A stretch of DNA of 64,000 nt from an uncultured bacterium (GTDB lineage Bacteria; Chloroflexota; UBA5177; JANWHV01). Both the position numbers and the translations under genes were made by a program. The notes beneath the pieces were generated by a model. That model was given only the letters and a program-made list of their open reading frames with translations. It was not told the origin of the DNA and ran no database searches. Below, one piece after another: positions 51,627-63,262 of this stretch (within the stretch, counting starts at the first letter, position 1; every line of letters starts with the position of its first letter). The stretch lies in contig CAVSOU010000005.1 in assembly GCA_963729625.1 (NCBI GenBank), forward strand, positions 57,467 to 121,466, read 5' to 3'.

Positions 51627-53822
51627 ATGGATTACGCGTCTTCGCTGCTCGGGCTATTGCCCGGATCAGGAGCAAGGCGCACGCCGGGGCTTAAGGAACT
51701 GCTCGCGAAGGTAGAAACCTACCTCCCCCCCGACCAGGTTGAGCGCGTGCGCGAGGCGGCCGAATTTGGCGCCATTGCCCACCAGGGCCAGAAACGCCTC
51801 TCCGGCGAACCGTATATCGCCCATCCGGTAGCCGCCGCCGAGATCTTGGCCGACCTGCACCTGGATGCCGACACCATTGTCGGGGCGATCCTGCACGACG
51901 TCATCGAAGACACGCCGATCGCCAAGGAGGAGATCGCCGAGCGCTTCGGCAAGGATGTCGCCGAGATCGTCGATGGCGTCACCAAGCTCGACCAGATCAA
52001 GTTCAAGAGCCGCGAGGAAGCCCAGGCCGAGAGCTTCAGGAAAATGCTCCTGGCGATGGTGCGGGACCTTCGCGTGATCATGGTGAAATTGGCCGACCGC
52101 ACGCACAACATGCGCACGATCGGCATCATGTCGATCCCCAAGCGGCGGCAGATCGCGCGCGAGACGCTCGATATCTACGCCCCGGTGGCCGAGCGACTGG
52201 GCCTCTACAGCATGAAGCTGGAGCTGGAGGACCTGGGGTTCCAGACCCTCTACCCGCAGCGCTACCGCGTCATCGAGCGGGCCCTAAAGCGCGCCCGCGG
52301 CAACCAGAAGGAATTCCTCTCCAAGATAGAGGCGCAGCTTAACGCGGCGCTCGCGAAGGCCGGCATTGCGGCCAAGGTCGCCTCGCGCGAGAAGCACCTC
52401 TACAGCATCTACCGCAAGATGCGCCGCAAGAGCTCCATGCTCGCCGAGATCGTCGACGTCTACGGACTGCGTATCGTCGTCGACAGCCCGGATACCTGCT
52501 ACCGCGCGCTGGGCGTGGTGCACAGCGTCTACCGGCCGATGCCGGGACGCTTCAAGGACTACATCGCGATCCCGCGCGTCAACGGCTACCAGTCGCTGCA
52601 CACGACACTGTTCGGGCCCAACGCCGTGCCGATCGAGGTGCAGATCCGCACGCAGGACATGCACAACATCGCCGAGTCCGGCATCGCCGCGCACTGGAAG
52701 TACAAGTCCGGCACCCAGAGCACGGACTCCGCACAGCAGGAGCGTGCCCGCGCCTGGCTCTCTCACCTGGTGGAGATGCAGGAGAGTGGCAACCCGGAAG
52801 AGTTCATCGAGAGCGTCAAGGTCGACCTCTTCCCCGACAAGGTCTACGTGTTCACCCCGAAGGGAGCGATCCTGCGCCTGCCGCGCGGCGCCACCGTCGT
52901 GGACTTCGCCTACGCCGTGCACACGGATATCGGCAATCGCTGCGTTGCGGCGAAGACCGACCGGCGCTTGACGCCGCTGCGCACGGTGCTGCGAAACGGC
53001 CAGACCGTGCAGATCATCACCGCCAAGGGCGCGCAGCCCAATCCTTCGTGGGTGAACTTCGTCGTCACCGCCAAGGCGCGCAGCGCGATCCGCCACTACC
53101 TGAAGACCTTGAAGCGCTCCGAGGCAATCGAGCTGGGGCGCCAGCTCCTGAACGCCTCGCTGGCCGAATTCGCGCTGGACCTGGAGAAGGTGGACCCGGC
53201 CGCGCTCGCCGTAACCCTTGCCGAGTTCGGCCTGAAGGAGCGCGATGAGCTCCTGGAGAAGGTGGGCCTGGGCGAGCGCCTGGCGCCGCTGACCGCAAGA
53301 CTGCTGCTGCCCAGCGGCACGGACGCGAGCCACGCGCACACGCCGCTTGCGGTCGCCGGCACCGAGGGCCTGCTGGTCACCTACGCGCGCTGCTGCCACC
53401 CGATCCCCAATGACCCGATCATCGCGTTCATGAGCACCGGCCGCGGCATCGTCATCCACCGTGACGCCTGCGCGAACGTGGAGGGCTACGACAAGCATCC
53501 GGAGAAATGGCAGCCCGTATCCTGGCAGCAGGACCTCACGCGCTACTTCAGCTCCGAGGTGCGTGTGGAGACGTTGAACCGCGTCGGCATGCTGGCGGCG
53601 GTCTCGGCTTCCATTGCCGGCATGCAGACCAACATCGGCCATGCGACGGTGGAGCAGCGCGACGGTGACGTCTCCCTCATCACGCTGGAGATCGAGGTGC
53701 GCGACCGCAGGCACCTGGCACGCGTGGTGCGGACCATACGCCGGATGCCGGAAGTGCTGCACGTCGGGCGCACCCTCGCCCGCCACCAGGGTCGCGAGAA
53801 GCGCGGGCCGACGGCCAAGTAG
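51627..53822 (+). CDS. spoT: Bifunctional (p)ppGpp synthetase/hydrolase SpoT
   Basis: [49 protein letters not shown] and ACT domains. Confidence 0.97.
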   Translation: MDYASSLLGLLPGSGARRTPGLKELLAKVETYLPPDQVERVREAAEFGAIAHQGQKRLSGEPYIAHPVAAAEILADLHLDADTIVGAILHDVIEDTPIAKEEIAERFGKDVAEIVDGVTKLDQIKFKSREEAQAESFRKMLLAMVRDLRVIMVKLADRTHNMRTIGIMSIPKRRQIARETLDIYAPVAERLGLYSMKLELEDLGFQTLYPQRYRVIERALKRARGNQKEFLSKIEAQLNAALAKAGIAAKVASREKHLYSIYRKMRRKSSMLAEIVDVYGLRIVVDSPDTCYRALGVVHSVYRPMPGRFKDYIAIPRVNGYQSLHTTLFGPNAVPIEVQIRTQDMHNIAESGIAAHWKYKSGTQSTDSAQQERARAWLSHLVEMQESGNPEEFIESVKVDLFPDKVYVFTPKGAILRLPRGATVVDFAYAVHTDIGNRCVAAKTDRRLTPLRTVLRNGQTVQIITAKGAQPNPSWVNFVVTAKARSAIRHYLKTLKRSEAIELGRQLLNASLAEFALDLEKVDPAALAVTLAEFGLKERDELLEKVGLGERLAPLTARLLLPSGTDASHAHTPLAVAGTEGLLVTYARCCHPIPNDPIIAFMSTGRGIVIHRDACANVEGYDKHPEKWQPVSWQQDLTRYFSSEVRVETLNRVGMLAAVSASIAGMQTNIGHATVEQRDGDVSLITLEIEVRDRRHLARVVRTIRRMPEVLHVGRTLARHQGREKRGPTAK

Positions 53823-53950
53823 CGCGGGCCCGCACGGCAGGATCCGGCACCCTCAAGCCAACGGTGCACACGCCGGCCGGGGGCGATACAGTGCACCCGA
53901 ACTGTTCGCCCGCCCCTTGGGCGGGCCCTTTGAGGAGACCCGTCTTTACC

Positions 53951-54331
53951 ATGAGCCGCAGCATCATCCAGACCGTCGAGGCACCGGCCGCCATCGGCAC
54001 CTACTCGCAGGCCGTGCGCGTTGGCAGCACCGTTTACGTCTCCGGCCAGATCCCGCTGGATCCGCACACCGGTGCGCTGGTCAGCGGCGACATCGACGCG
54101 GAGATCCGCCGCGTGTTCGACAATCTGCTGGCGATCACGCGCGCCGCCGGCGGCAGCTTCGCCGACGTCGCCAAGCTCACCGTGTACCTTGTGGACCTTA
54201 CGCACTTCGCGCGCGTCAACGAGATCATGGCGACCTACTTCGCGCAGCCCTACCCTGCCCGCGCGGCCGTGGGCGTGGCGGCATTGCCCAAGGGCGCGCG
54301 CGTGGAGATGGAGTGCATCCTGAGCTTCTGA
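53951..54331 (+). CDS. ridA: RidA/Rid-family reactive intermediate deaminase
   Basis: [52 protein letters not shown]. Confidence 0.92.
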   Translation: MSRSIIQTVEAPAAIGTYSQAVRVGSTVYVSGQIPLDPHTGALVSGDIDAEIRRVFDNLLAITRAAGGSFADVAKLTVYLVDLTHFARVNEIMATYFAQPYPARAAVGVAALPKGARVEMECILSF

Positions 54332-56340
54332 CGCGACTGGGCCTTGAGTCGGCGGAGGACGCGCTGTTCATCCTGCCCTCGCGCTACGAGGACAGGACGC
54401 GCGTCACGCCGATCGGCGCCCTGCTGCCCGGCCACCGTGCAGTGGTCGAGGGGGAAGTGCAGCTCTCCGAGGTCGTGTTCCGGCGCCGCCGCGCGCTCCT
54501 GGTGCGCCTCTCGGACGGCACCGGCTTTCTGAACCTGCGCTTCTTCTACTTCAGCCGCGCCCAGGCCGAGGGACTCGCGCGCGGCACGCAGGTCCGCTGC
54601 TTCGGGGAAGTACGGCGCGGCCCATTGGGGCTTGAGATCGTCCACCCCGAGTACCGGCGCGTCGCTGCGACGCCCGAGCCACTGGAGGCCGCGCTGACGC
54701 CCATCTACCCGCTGACCGAAGGCGTGACGCAGGGCCGGGTGCGACAGCTGGTGGACCGCGCGCTGAACAAGCTTGCCGCAAGCGGTGCCACGGACCTGCT
54801 GCCCCGCCGCATCGTGGAGGGGCTCCATCTCCCCACGCTCATGGAGGCGCTGCGCTTCATGCACCACCCACCCGTGGGCACGAGCCTTGAGGAACTGGCG
54901 GCCGGCACCCACCCGGCGCAGCGTCGCCTGGCGTTCGAGGAACTGCTCGCCCACCAGCTCTCGCTGCAGCTGCTCAAGCGCACGATCCAGAGCGATCCGG
55001 CCGAGCCACTTGCAGATGCTGCCGGGCTTGCGCCACGCTTCATCGCCGCGCTGCCGTTCCCGCTGACCGGCGCGCAGCGGCGGGTACTGGCCGAGATTGA
55101 TGCGGACCTGACGCGAAACCGCCCGATGGTGCGCCTGATCCAGGGCGACGTCGGCTGCGGCAAGACGGTGGTCGCCGCGGCAGCGGCCGCGCGCGCGATC
55201 GGCAGCGGCGGACAGGCGGCGCTGATGGCGCCGACCGAGCTACTGGCCGAACAGCATTTCCGCTCGCTAAGCGCCTGGTTCAAGCCGCTGGGGGTAAGCG
55301 TTGCGCTACTGACCGGTTCGCTGCCCGCGCGTACCCGGCGCAGCACGCTTGCCGCCACGGCCTCAGGCGAGGTGCAGCTGCTCGTCGGCACGCACGCACT
55401 GTTTCAGGAAGGCGTGGCATTTGCCCGGCTGCGCCTTGCGATCGTCGACGAGCAGCACCGCTTCGGCGTGCAGCAGCGACTGATGCTGAAGGAGAAGGGT
55501 CGGCACGAAGCGCTGGTACCGCACCAGCTGATCATGACGGCCACGCCGATCCCGCGGACGCTTGCGATGACGGCGCATGCGGACCTGGATGTCTCGGTGA
55601 TCGATGAGCTGCCGCCGGGGCGCACGCCGGTGCGCACCGTGGTCATCGCCGAGGAGAAGCGCGCCAGCGTCGTCGCGCGCATCCACGCCGCCTGCCGGGA
55701 GGGGCGGCAGGTCTACTGGGTCTGCCCGCTGATCGATGAGTCGGAGGAACTGCGCTGCCAGGCCGCCGAGGAGACGGCCGCGACGCTCGCCGCGGCGCTG
55801 CCGGAGGTGCGCGTGGATATCGTGCACGGCCGCATGACGCCGAAGGCGAAGGAACGCGCGATGGCCGCGTTCAAGGCCGGCAAGACGCAGCTGCTGGTGG
55901 CAACCACGGTGATAGAGGTCGGCGTCGACGTGCCCAATGCAAGTCTTATGGTGATCGAGAATGCCGAGCGCATGGGCCTTGCCCAGCTGCACCAGCTTCG
56001 AGGCCGCGTCGGTCGCGGCGCGCAGGAGAGCAGCTGCGTGCTCTTGTACCGCGGCCCGCTCTCCCCGATGGCCCGCTCGCGCCTGGCAACGATCCGCGAC
56101 AGCAACGATGGCTTTGAGATCGCCCGGCGGGATCTGGAGCTACGCGGGCCGGGCGAGCTCATGGGCACGCGCCAGACCGGTCTTGCCGACCTTCGCGTCG
56201 CAGACCTCATCCGCGACGCAGACCTGCTCCCGCAGGTGCGCGATACAGCCGAGCAGCTGCTGCGCGAGGACGCGCCCTGCATCGGCCCCCTAAAGCAGCG
56301 CTGGGTCGGTGGCGCGGAGGCCTACGGCCGTGTCGGTTAA
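54313..56340 (+). CDS. recG: ATP-dependent DNA helicase RecG; start uncertain
   Basis: [62 protein letters not shown]. Confidence 0.96.
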   Translation: MHPELLTRLGLESAEDALFILPSRYEDRTRVTPIGALLPGHRAVVEGEVQLSEVVFRRRRALLVRLSDGTGFLNLRFFYFSRAQAEGLARGTQVRCFGEVRRGPLGLEIVHPEYRRVAATPEPLEAALTPIYPLTEGVTQGRVRQLVDRALNKLAASGATDLLPRRIVEGLHLPTLMEALRFMHHPPVGTSLEELAAGTHPAQRRLAFEELLAHQLSLQLLKRTIQSDPAEPLADAAGLAPRFIAALPFPLTGAQRRVLAEIDADLTRNRPMVRLIQGDVGCGKTVVAAAAAARAIGSGGQAALMAPTELLAEQHFRSLSAWFKPLGVSVALLTGSLPARTRRSTLAATASGEVQLLVGTHALFQEGVAFARLRLAIVDEQHRFGVQQRLMLKEKGRHEALVPHQLIMTATPIPRTLAMTAHADLDVSVIDELPPGRTPVRTVVIAEEKRASVVARIHAACREGRQVYWVCPLIDESEELRCQAAEETAATLAAALPEVRVDIVHGRMTPKAKERAMAAFKAGKTQLLVATTVIEVGVDVPNASLMVIENAERMGLAQLHQLRGRVGRGAQESSCVLLYRGPLSPMARSRLATIRDSNDGFEIARRDLELRGPGELMGTRQTGLADLRVADLIRDADLLPQVRDTAEQLLREDAPCIGPLKQRWVGGAEAYGRVG

Positions 56341-57235
56341 GTCCATCAAGCGGCGCATCATCGACGGCGCGCTCCTGATGCGCCTGGACAAGCCCATTGG
56401 CATTTTTCTGCTGCTCTGGCCGCTCCTGTGGGCGCTGTGGATCGCCAGCCAGGGTCATCCGGACCTTGCAACGCTTGCGATCTTCCTGGCAGGCACCGTG
56501 GTCATGCGCTCGGCGGGCTGCGTCATCAACGACTTCGCGGACCGCGACATCGACCCGCACGTCAGGCGCACCCGTGCGCGGCCGTTGGCCGCGCGCCGGC
56601 TCTCTCCGCAGGAGGCCCTGGGTCTCTTTGCGGTGCTGATCGCGTTGGCCCTGTACCTGGTGACGCGCCTTACGCCGCTGACCGTGCGCTACGCGTTCAT
56701 CGGCGCGGCGCTCACGGTGAGCTACCCGTTCATGAAACGTTTCTTCCCGATGCCGCAGCTGTACCTGGGCGCGGCCTTCGGGTGGGCGATCCCGATGGCG
56801 TTCATCGCAACCTTGGGCCATGTCCCGCGCGTCGGCTGGATCCTGTTCTGCACCACCGTCGTGTGGGCGGGCGTCTACGACACGATCTACGCGATGGTCG
56901 ACCGGGATGATGACGTAAAGCTGGACGTGAAGTCCTCGGCGATCCTGTTCGGCGACATGGACCGGCTGCTGATCGGCGCAATGCAGGCGATGGTGCTGCT
57001 GGGCCTGGTGTCGGCCGGTCATCTGCTGGGGCTTGGCGGGTGGTATTTCGCGGGGCTTGCCTGCGGCGCCGGACTCTTCGCCTACCAGCAGTGGCTGATC
57101 CGCAACCGCGAGCGCGATGCGTGCTTTAGGGCTTTCCTCAACAACAACCTGTTCGGACTTGTTGTGTTCGCAGGGCTTGTGCTGGATCTGGCGCTCAGGA
57201 CGCGCGGCCAGGCAGGCCTGGCACCCACACCCTAA
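56330..57235 (+). CDS. ubiA: 4-hydroxybenzoate polyprenyltransferase
   Basis: [52 protein letters not shown]. Confidence 0.96.
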   Translation: MSVKSIKRRIIDGALLMRLDKPIGIFLLLWPLLWALWIASQGHPDLATLAIFLAGTVVMRSAGCVINDFADRDIDPHVRRTRARPLAARRLSPQEALGLFAVLIALALYLVTRLTPLTVRYAFIGAALTVSYPFMKRFFPMPQLYLGAAFGWAIPMAFIATLGHVPRVGWILFCTTVVWAGVYDTIYAMVDRDDDVKLDVKSSAILFGDMDRLLIGAMQAMVLLGLVSAGHLLGLGGWYFAGLACGAGLFAYQQWLIRNRERDACFRAFLNNNLFGLVVFAGLVLDLALRTRGQAGLAPTP

Positions 57236-58028
57236 GGCAGCGCAGGAAAAGGGCACCGACCCCGCGCACCCTCAGCTGCCCCGTCAGCACTGACTTCAGG
57301 ATCGCCTGTACGGCCTCAAGACGAGGACCGCGCGTGCAGGTGAGCAACTGGTACGGGGCGGCGATCGCAAGGTCGCAGTCATCGGCATCCCCTTCCACGC
57401 AGCGCGCGCCCTCGCTCGAGAGCGTCAGCTGGCAGGGCGCAAAGCCTGCGATGCGAAGCTGGATCCGTAGCGGGCCCTCCCGCAGTAGCCGCAGGCATGG
57501 CGCGCGGGAGGCAAGGGCTTGCCCGCTCTTCTCCAGGCTCTGGCACAGCTGCCGTGCGCTGACGATCTTGCGGTAGCGGGTCGTACCGTCGGCGACCGCC
57601 GTATGCCCAAAGGCCTTGCGGTACACGCGCTCGTGCATGCTGCGTACGGCAAAACCGATGCCCAGCACCGCGCCTCCGGCGCTGATCCGCTCCTTGGCAT
57701 CATCGCGCGCGCGCAGCATGAGGCCGCCGCGCCGGTACTGCGGGTGCACCGCGAGGTCCCCCTCTATGCAGTAGGGCACCACAAGTCCGGGCTCTAGGGT
57801 CAGGTTCTGGAACGCCAGATGCACACAGCCGACCACGCGGTCGCCGTCCGTATAGAGCAGGATGTCACTGGGCTTGAAACCGGGGCGCTGCAGATGCTTC
57901 CAGCGCCAGTCCGCCTGGTTTCCCCAGTCCCCGAACGCATCGTTCAGCAGGCCGGCCACGGCCGCATCGCTTCCGGCGCGATAGGGCTGCGCGTCGATGC
58001 TCAGAGCCTTTCTTGCAAGCTCAGCCAT
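57195..58028 (-). CDS. GNAT-family acetyltransferase with probable C-terminal SCP2-like domain
   Basis: [24 protein letters not shown]; C-terminal G.LRVRG. Confidence 0.7.
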   Translation of the reverse strand: MAELARKALSIDAQPYRAGSDAAVAGLLNDAFGDWGNQADWRWKHLQRPGFKPSDILLYTDGDRVVGCVHLAFQNLTLEPGLVVPYCIEGDLAVHPQYRRGGLMLRARDDAKERISAGGAVLGIGFAVRSMHERVYRKAFGHTAVADGTTRYRKIVSARQLCQSLEKSGQALASRAPCLRLLREGPLRIQLRIAGFAPCQLTLSSEGARCVEGDADDCDLAIAAPYQLLTCTRGPRLEAVQAILKSVLTGQLRVRGVGALFLRCLRVWVPGLPGRAS

Positions 58029-58042
58029 GCTGCCTCCGCTGC

Positions 58043-58849
58043 TTAAAACACGTCCGAGGTGGGTACCTGCCACGGGGCCTGGATGCTCAGCAGCTCCAGC
58101 AGTCTTAGCGCCTCGCTGAACTTAGCCGCCGGCACCACGCGTATCTGTCCGTTGGCCAGACAGCGGCGCGCCGGAACCGACCCGAACAGCACGTCCGTGA
58201 GGGTGGTCAAATCCGTGCTCAGCCGGCACTGCGGGGGATCGCAGCCCTGCAGCGAACGGTCCTCCACCACGAGCTCCTCGCTGATGTCGATCGACAGCCT
58301 TGTCTGCGGCAGCTCGCGGTAGGACCCGGGCGTGAGCTCCAGCAGGAAGGTCTGGTGCCAGCCGAGGAAATGGGCCCTGCGGTGATACAGAATCCGGCGG
58401 ATCACCTCCAGCGGATTAATCATCGCGAGGCTTGCAAACACACCCTCGTCCGTGTGGTAACCCGCCTTGCGCATCTGCTTTGCGATGAAGCGGTCTGCAA
58501 CCGGCGCGGCGCAGCTCACGAAATCGTAGTTGCGCTCTCTGGCCTGCCGCTCCAGGGCACGCAGCAACAGTTCAAATGCCAGCGCACGCTTGCGAGGCTT
58601 GAGGAGCGGCTCAACGGCAAACTCCAGGATCGCGCCGCCAGGACCGATCGCCCCGTAGGCGATGATTTCTCCATCCGATACGATGAGCCGGATGTCGGCG
58701 CAGGTCATGCCCGGCCGCTGCAGCACAGCCCACAGCCAGTGCGCCGGCGTGCGGGGGATGAACCCGCCGAGGTGGGCATAAGTTCGCTGCCACAGATCCA
58801 CCAACCGGACCTCGTCACCCGCCAGGTACTGTCTGGCCGTAAAGATCAT
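58043..58849 (-). CDS. GNAT-like protein with probable C-terminal SCP2-like domain
   Basis: RTPAHWLW..LQRPG, IIAYG..ILEF, LTDVLFG....GQIRV. Confidence 0.6.
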   Translation of the reverse strand: MIFTARQYLAGDEVRLVDLWQRTYAHLGGFIPRTPAHWLWAVLQRPGMTCADIRLIVSDGEIIAYGAIGPGGAILEFAVEPLLKPRKRALAFELLLRALERQARERNYDFVSCAAPVADRFIAKQMRKAGYHTDEGVFASLAMINPLEVIRRILYHRRAHFLGWHQTFLLELTPGSYRELPQTRLSIDISEELVVEDRSLQGCDPPQCRLSTDLTTLTDVLFGSVPARRCLANGQIRVVPAAKFSEALRLLELLSIQAPWQVPTSDVF

Positions 58850-58955
58850 GGGTTTACGCCGCGGGTCGCGGATGGCGAATTGCGGTCCAGTGTGGGGCTC
58901 TGTGTTCGCGATCAGGTTCAAGGGCTGCATCCTACTCAACAGCCACCGACACCCA

Positions 58956-59227
58956 GAATGGGCGGGCAGGTTGACAAGCTACGGGATGAGAATTAAGTGA
59001 GCCTGACACTGCGTCCGTGCCGTACCGCACTCAGGCGGCGGACCGGCGAGCGGCCGTTGGAGCCCCGCAGGGCGCGCGGCTCGGGCCTTGGCGATCGACC
59101 GCGGCGCCGCAGGTCTCAACCCAGTGGACTCGCCTACGCGCAATGGCTGATCCGGGGTCACGGGCCGCACGCGTGCTTGCGCTCGTTCGTGAACGATAAT
59201 CTCTTCGGACTGGCCGTATCCTTAGGT
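58956..59227 (+). pseudogene. Degenerate second copy of ubiA fragments, possibly including the recG 3' end
   Basis: GLAYAQWLIRGHGPHACLRSFVNDNLFGL vs Ubi[31 protein letters not shown]; RRTGERPL vs RRTRARPL. Confidence 0.65.
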
Positions 59228-59261
59228 GGTGACGCGCCACCACCTATGCCACTAGAGTCTC

Positions 59262-60260
59262 TCAGCGGTCTTTCATGTCACCCGAAGACTTCCTGGGTAC
59301 CAGGCGAACCTCCTCGACCAGTACAACACGTGCAATGTCCGTGGCCTGCCTGAACAGCTCCAGGTTTGCGATCTGTCGTAGATTCATGAGCCTGCCCTTG
59401 GGGGCGTGCTCTATGGCGGAGATCGGCACGCTCAGCGTCTGCCGAGACTGGGGTGGTATCTCGAACTCTGCGTTATAGCGATCCGCAAATGCATAGTTGT
59501 GCTGCCGATCATTCACCCGCAGCGAGATACGCACGGCAGCGGCGTCCAGATTTCGAACCGTGACCCGCAATTCATCGGCCTGGCTCCAGTCCGGCCACGG
59601 CTCATCGAACGTCACGCCCGGATAATCCGGTCCATTGGTGCTGACGAAGTAGCTATCAAGCAGATCGCCTGCACGCCAGAGAACAGGCAGCTGAAGCGTG
59701 CGGTGCGCGTAGGCAGCCCCGGCCCAGACGAGGGGCAGACCTATGAGTACCGCGCACAGCGCGGCAGCGATCAGCAAGGCCTTGCGGACCAGCTCTTTCT
59801 GCGGTCGGCCGCGCAAATGCCACCACGCGTGCAGTGTCGCCGTGAAGCTCGCGCCCAACAGATCGTTGACCAGATCCTCGAGGGAGCAGTCCCGGCCGAT
59901 AAAGCGTTGAATCGTCTCGGTTGTCGCACCGAGCAGAAGTGCGACGCCCAAGACGAGCAAATAGGCCTGCCACGGTGGCCGGACGCTGCGCCCGGACCAG
60001 GGGCTCAGTCTTCCCAGCGCGATCAGTGCGATCACCGCAAAAATCAGCGGATGCGCGCAATTCTCGACCACCCCGTACAGGTGCGGATAGGGCACCAAGA
60101 ACGGCACCGACGGCGGCGGCAGCAGAATCAGTGTCGCCAGCGCCAGAACGGCAAGTATTGACCACATTGGGAAGTTCCGAGGCTTAGGAACGAAGCTGTC
60201 CTGCACATTATCCACTATGGGCGCCCTGCCGCCCGGTCCCATGGCAACGCAAGACTCCAC
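59262..60260 (-). CDS. VanZ-family membrane protein with C-terminal carbohydrate-binding-like domain; start may be about 60167
   Basis: AHPLIF, TETIQRFIGRDCSLEDLVNDLLGA; PDWSQADEL, RVNDRQH..DRYN, APKGRLMNL. Confidence 0.7.
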   Translation of the reverse strand: MESCVAMGPGGRAPIVDNVQDSFVPKPRNFPMWSILAVLALATLILLPPPSVPFLVPYPHLYGVVENCAHPLIFAVIALIALGRLSPWSGRSVRPPWQAYLLVLGVALLLGATTETIQRFIGRDCSLEDLVNDLLGASFTATLHAWWHLRGRPQKELVRKALLIAAALCAVLIGLPLVWAGAAYAHRTLQLPVLWRAGDLLDSYFVSTNGPDYPGVTFDEPWPDWSQADELRVTVRNLDAAAVRISLRVNDRQHNYAFADRYNAEFEIPPQSRQTLSVPISAIEHAPKGRLMNLRQIANLELFRQATDIARVVLVEEVRLVPRKSSGDMKDR

Positions 60261-60895
60261 CGCGCTGCGAAGATTTGTCGTGGTCCGTCACGCCACCGGG
60301 CGCTTGTGCCCACCGCGCGCTCGGTTAGGGCCGCCATTCCTCGCCTGGGCCACGCCCCAGCGCTTGATCGCGATGCCGTGGATCTCGGAACCGTCGACAC
60401 GTTTAGCACCACTGTAACGGTGCCTCGCCCCCGCCTACGAAGGGATGATGCTCGAGCGGCTGGCTCGTCTCAATGGCTGGCTCCAAGGCGCGCCTCCTGG
60501 AACCGGTCCGAGGTTGGCGCCTCGCCAGGTGTGCGCACCTCGGCGCTTCCGGCAGCCCGGGTGCGTCGCCGGCCGCATCGACCGGCCGCACACGCACGGC
60601 CCACAACCCATACGGGACGGAACGCGCGCCGTATACGCCCCGGTGGCCATGGGCCCGATGCCACCGTGCGGGCGGCAAGTTCTCCTGGTCGGTTCGAGCG
60701 TCCGCGGCGGCGGCTACCCTTGGGGCGCGACGCAGCATGACTGCATTGATACAGCGCTCCATGGCGCCGAACACCGCGGTTTGCCGGTACAGCCGTGCGG
60801 GCCGGCTGCGCCTGACGCTGTTGAGCGGGTTGGGTCGAAAGGCGCTAGGCTCTGAATCAAACATCAGGGGCGCAAAGCGCCAAAGAGGGGGGCAC

Positions 60896-61552
60896 ATGAA
60901 CATCCGCAGCATCACGGGCGTCTGGGCATTGCTTGCGCTCGGCGCAAGCTCGCTCGCGCAGGCCCACTTCGTCTGGCTTGAACGCGATGGTACCGGCCCC
61001 GTCCGCGGCTATTTCGGCGAGTGGAACAACGAGCTCATCGAGAAGAGTGGTGGTGCGCTGGACCACATCGCCTCACCCCACGCCTTTACGCTCGATGCGT
61101 CGCAGACGCTGCCGTTGTCGCGGGGGACAGACCACTTTGACATCAACGTCAAAGGTCACGGCGACGTACGGCTCACCGACAGCATCGTCAGCGCGAAGGG
61201 CATCCATACCAGCTACTACGCGAAGGTCGGCCGCAGCGAGACCACGCCGGTGATGGACCTGGAGATCGTGCCGAGCACCGGAGACAGCAACACCCTTGCA
61301 GTGATCTGGAAGGGCGCGCCGCTGAAGAAACAGGAGGTGGAGGTCTACGGTCCACCCCGCTGGCAGAAGACCCTCACGACAGATGAAAACGGGCAGGTGA
61401 GGATCACGACTCCGTGGAGGGGCCGCTATATCGTGGAGGCGATCCACCCGGAGGAGCTGCCGGCAGGCGCAGCCGCCGGCACCGCACCCGCGCGGCATGT
61501 CGCGACCTTAAGCTTCACGGTGGCGCGGGGCGCCGCGGCGCCCGCGCCTTAG
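60896..61552 (+). CDS. DUF4198-family periplasmic protein
   Basis: Signal peptide ending AQA-HFVWLE, YFGEW, LEIVP, TDENGQV..PW.G.YIVE; RBS GAGGGGG. Confidence 0.75.
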   Translation: MNIRSITGVWALLALGASSLAQAHFVWLERDGTGPVRGYFGEWNNELIEKSGGALDHIASPHAFTLDASQTLPLSRGTDHFDINVKGHGDVRLTDSIVSAKGIHTSYYAKVGRSETTPVMDLEIVPSTGDSNTLAVIWKGAPLKKQEVEVYGPPRWQKTLTTDENGQVRITTPWRGRYIVEAIHPEELPAGAAAGTAPARHVATLSFTVARGAAAPAP

Positions 61553-61555
61553 GCT

Positions 61556-62269
61556 TTAGCGCCTGACCCCCAGGCCGTAGACCTCGACCCAGTCAACGCG
61601 GGAGGAACCCGCGGCACCCCCGCTGCCATGGCCGCTGCCGGGGGCCAGGTCCGTCCAGCCGATCTCATCGACCCGGCCGAGGTCCGGCTGGTCGACCCAG
61701 GCGCCATCGTTCATCACCTTGGCGTCAAGGGTTCGCCAGTGGACATCAGCAATCGCGATTTCCGACTCGCGCCAGTCACTGCTTGAGCCCTCGTAGCGAT
61801 CGCTGACGAGCAGCGTGCCGTCCGCGAGCTTGATCAGGAGCCGCAGCTGATGAAACCCCGTCTGCTTGGTGCGCCAGCGGATCCTGGCAAGGCCCGTGAG
61901 ATCCACGTACGCGTCCCGGTGCCTTAACGTGAAGCCGCAGACCTGTGTGCAGGAACCCGTCCAGATGTAGGACGGGTCATCCTTCGGGGAGTCATGGTGG
62001 CTCTTGGCGACCAGGTCCTTGCCCGGCCCGTAGCTTGCGATCAGCAGGGCCTTATTTAGGATGCTCGCCTGCGTCACCGGCGTCTCGTTCGGCTGGTCGC
62101 TGAAGTCCTCGCGAAAGAACAGCGGCGGACGATGGTCCTCGGGTACGAAGCGCGGCGCGGCGGCGGCGGCAGCCGCGCCCGGCGCCGCGGCGGACGGCGC
62201 CTGGGCGTTGCAGACGCAGGCGAGCGTGGCAGCGAGCAGCAGCGCGAGCGCCAGTGGACCCTTGTTCAT
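61556..62269 (-). CDS. Uncharacterised secreted protein
   Basis: Signal peptide; RPPLFFRE, YIWTGSC, DLTGLARIRWRT, DLGRVDEIGWTDL, RVDWVEVYG. Confidence 0.65.
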   Translation of the reverse strand: MNKGPLALALLLAATLACVCNAQAPSAAAPGAAAAAAAPRFVPEDHRPPLFFREDFSDQPNETPVTQASILNKALLIASYGPGKDLVAKSHHDSPKDDPSYIWTGSCTQVCGFTLRHRDAYVDLTGLARIRWRTKQTGFHQLRLLIKLADGTLLVSDRYEGSSSDWRESEIAIADVHWRTLDAKVMNDGAWVDQPDLGRVDEIGWTDLAPGSGHGSGGAAGSSRVDWVEVYGLGVRR

Positions 62270-62353
62270 GGACTCCCCCCTTGCATTTGGTTATGGGCCA
62301 AAGAATAGGCGTCCATAGGCCCAAAAGCGAAGGAGGAGCGTCCGCGTTTCTCC

Positions 62354-63241
62354 CTACGTGCCCTTCTTCTCGCTCGCGAGGCGTTCGGCAAGCTTCGCGC
62401 GTGCGGCCTGCGCATAGCGCTTGCACCCACCCTCCTCCTTAAGGGACTCCGGCTTGTCGGCGTCGCGCTTGGCGATGCGCTCGAAGAAATCCGAGACCTC
62501 CGGATGCGGCGTGATCAGCACGTCGCAGGGCATCGTCTCAAGCCGCGTGAACGACTGCTCGAAGTCACCGAGCACTTCAGGATAGCTCTTGCTCGCCGAG
62601 AACTTGAACTTCTCCGCCGAGACCGGCGTAAGGCTGTCGGCATAGACCACCTTCAGGCACTTGTCCTTGTCGCAGGCATCCCAGGCCCAGGTGGTGCCGC
62701 CGGGCGTGTGGCCTGCCGTTGCAAAGGCCTGCAGGCGGTTGGACCCGATCCCCAGCAACTGCTCGTCGCTGACAATCCAGATCGTCTTGGCTGGCGGAAT
62801 CGCCGGCGCCTTCATTCCGAACTGCGGATCATCGGGTGCAAGCTTGCCGGTGCGCAGCGCCTGTTCGCTGGGACGGCGCAGATAGACCGGCGCACCGGTG
62901 AGCTGCTGAAGCTCCGCGATGCCGCCCATGTGATCCCAGTGGGCATGGCTGTTCAGGATCGCCTTCACATCCGTGAGCTTGAAGCCCAGGGACTCGATGT
63001 TCTTTGCGATGAGCTTGGCGTTCTCGGGCGGGCCGCCATCGATGAGCACGTGGCCGAATTCCGACGTGATGAGCAGCGAGGTAATGCCCTTGCTGCCGAC
63101 ATAATAGGTGTTGCCGTAGATCTTGAACGGCGCCTGCGCCGCGGTCCAATCAGGATGGGTCGCGGGCGGCGGCGCCGCGAATACGGCGCCGGCCATAAGG
63201 CCCGCGAGCAGCAGCAGGACGGATCTAGCCTTGTTCTCCAT
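62354..63241 (-). CDS. Subclass B3 metallo-beta-lactamase
   Basis: PFKIYGNTYYVG, LIDGG, SHAHWDHMGG, GHTPGGTTW, YADSL, CDVLITPHP; signal peptide. Confidence 0.88.
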   Translation of the reverse strand: MENKARSVLLLLAGLMAGAVFAAPPPATHPDWTAAQAPFKIYGNTYYVGSKGITSLLITSEFGHVLIDGGPPENAKLIAKNIESLGFKLTDVKAILNSHAHWDHMGGIAELQQLTGAPVYLRRPSEQALRTGKLAPDDPQFGMKAPAIPPAKTIWIVSDEQLLGIGSNRLQAFATAGHTPGGTTWAWDACDKDKCLKVVYADSLTPVSAEKFKFSASKSYPEVLGDFEQSFTRLETMPCDVLITPHPEVSDFFERIAKRDADKPESLKEEGGCKRYAQAARAKLAERLASEKKGT

Positions 63242-63262
63242 GGTATCGGGCTCCGCGTGTGG

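Noticed and set aside
53614-54312. N-terminal extension of RecG (908-aa ORF)
   Set aside because: Overlaps spoT and ridA in another frame with low-complexity Arg/Gly/Pro sequence; an open-frame artefact of high GC
60380-60480. Cobalamin riboswitch upstream of DUF4198 (CCACTGTAACGG)
   Set aside because: No recognisable GGGAA motifs or B12 box; at most a remnant
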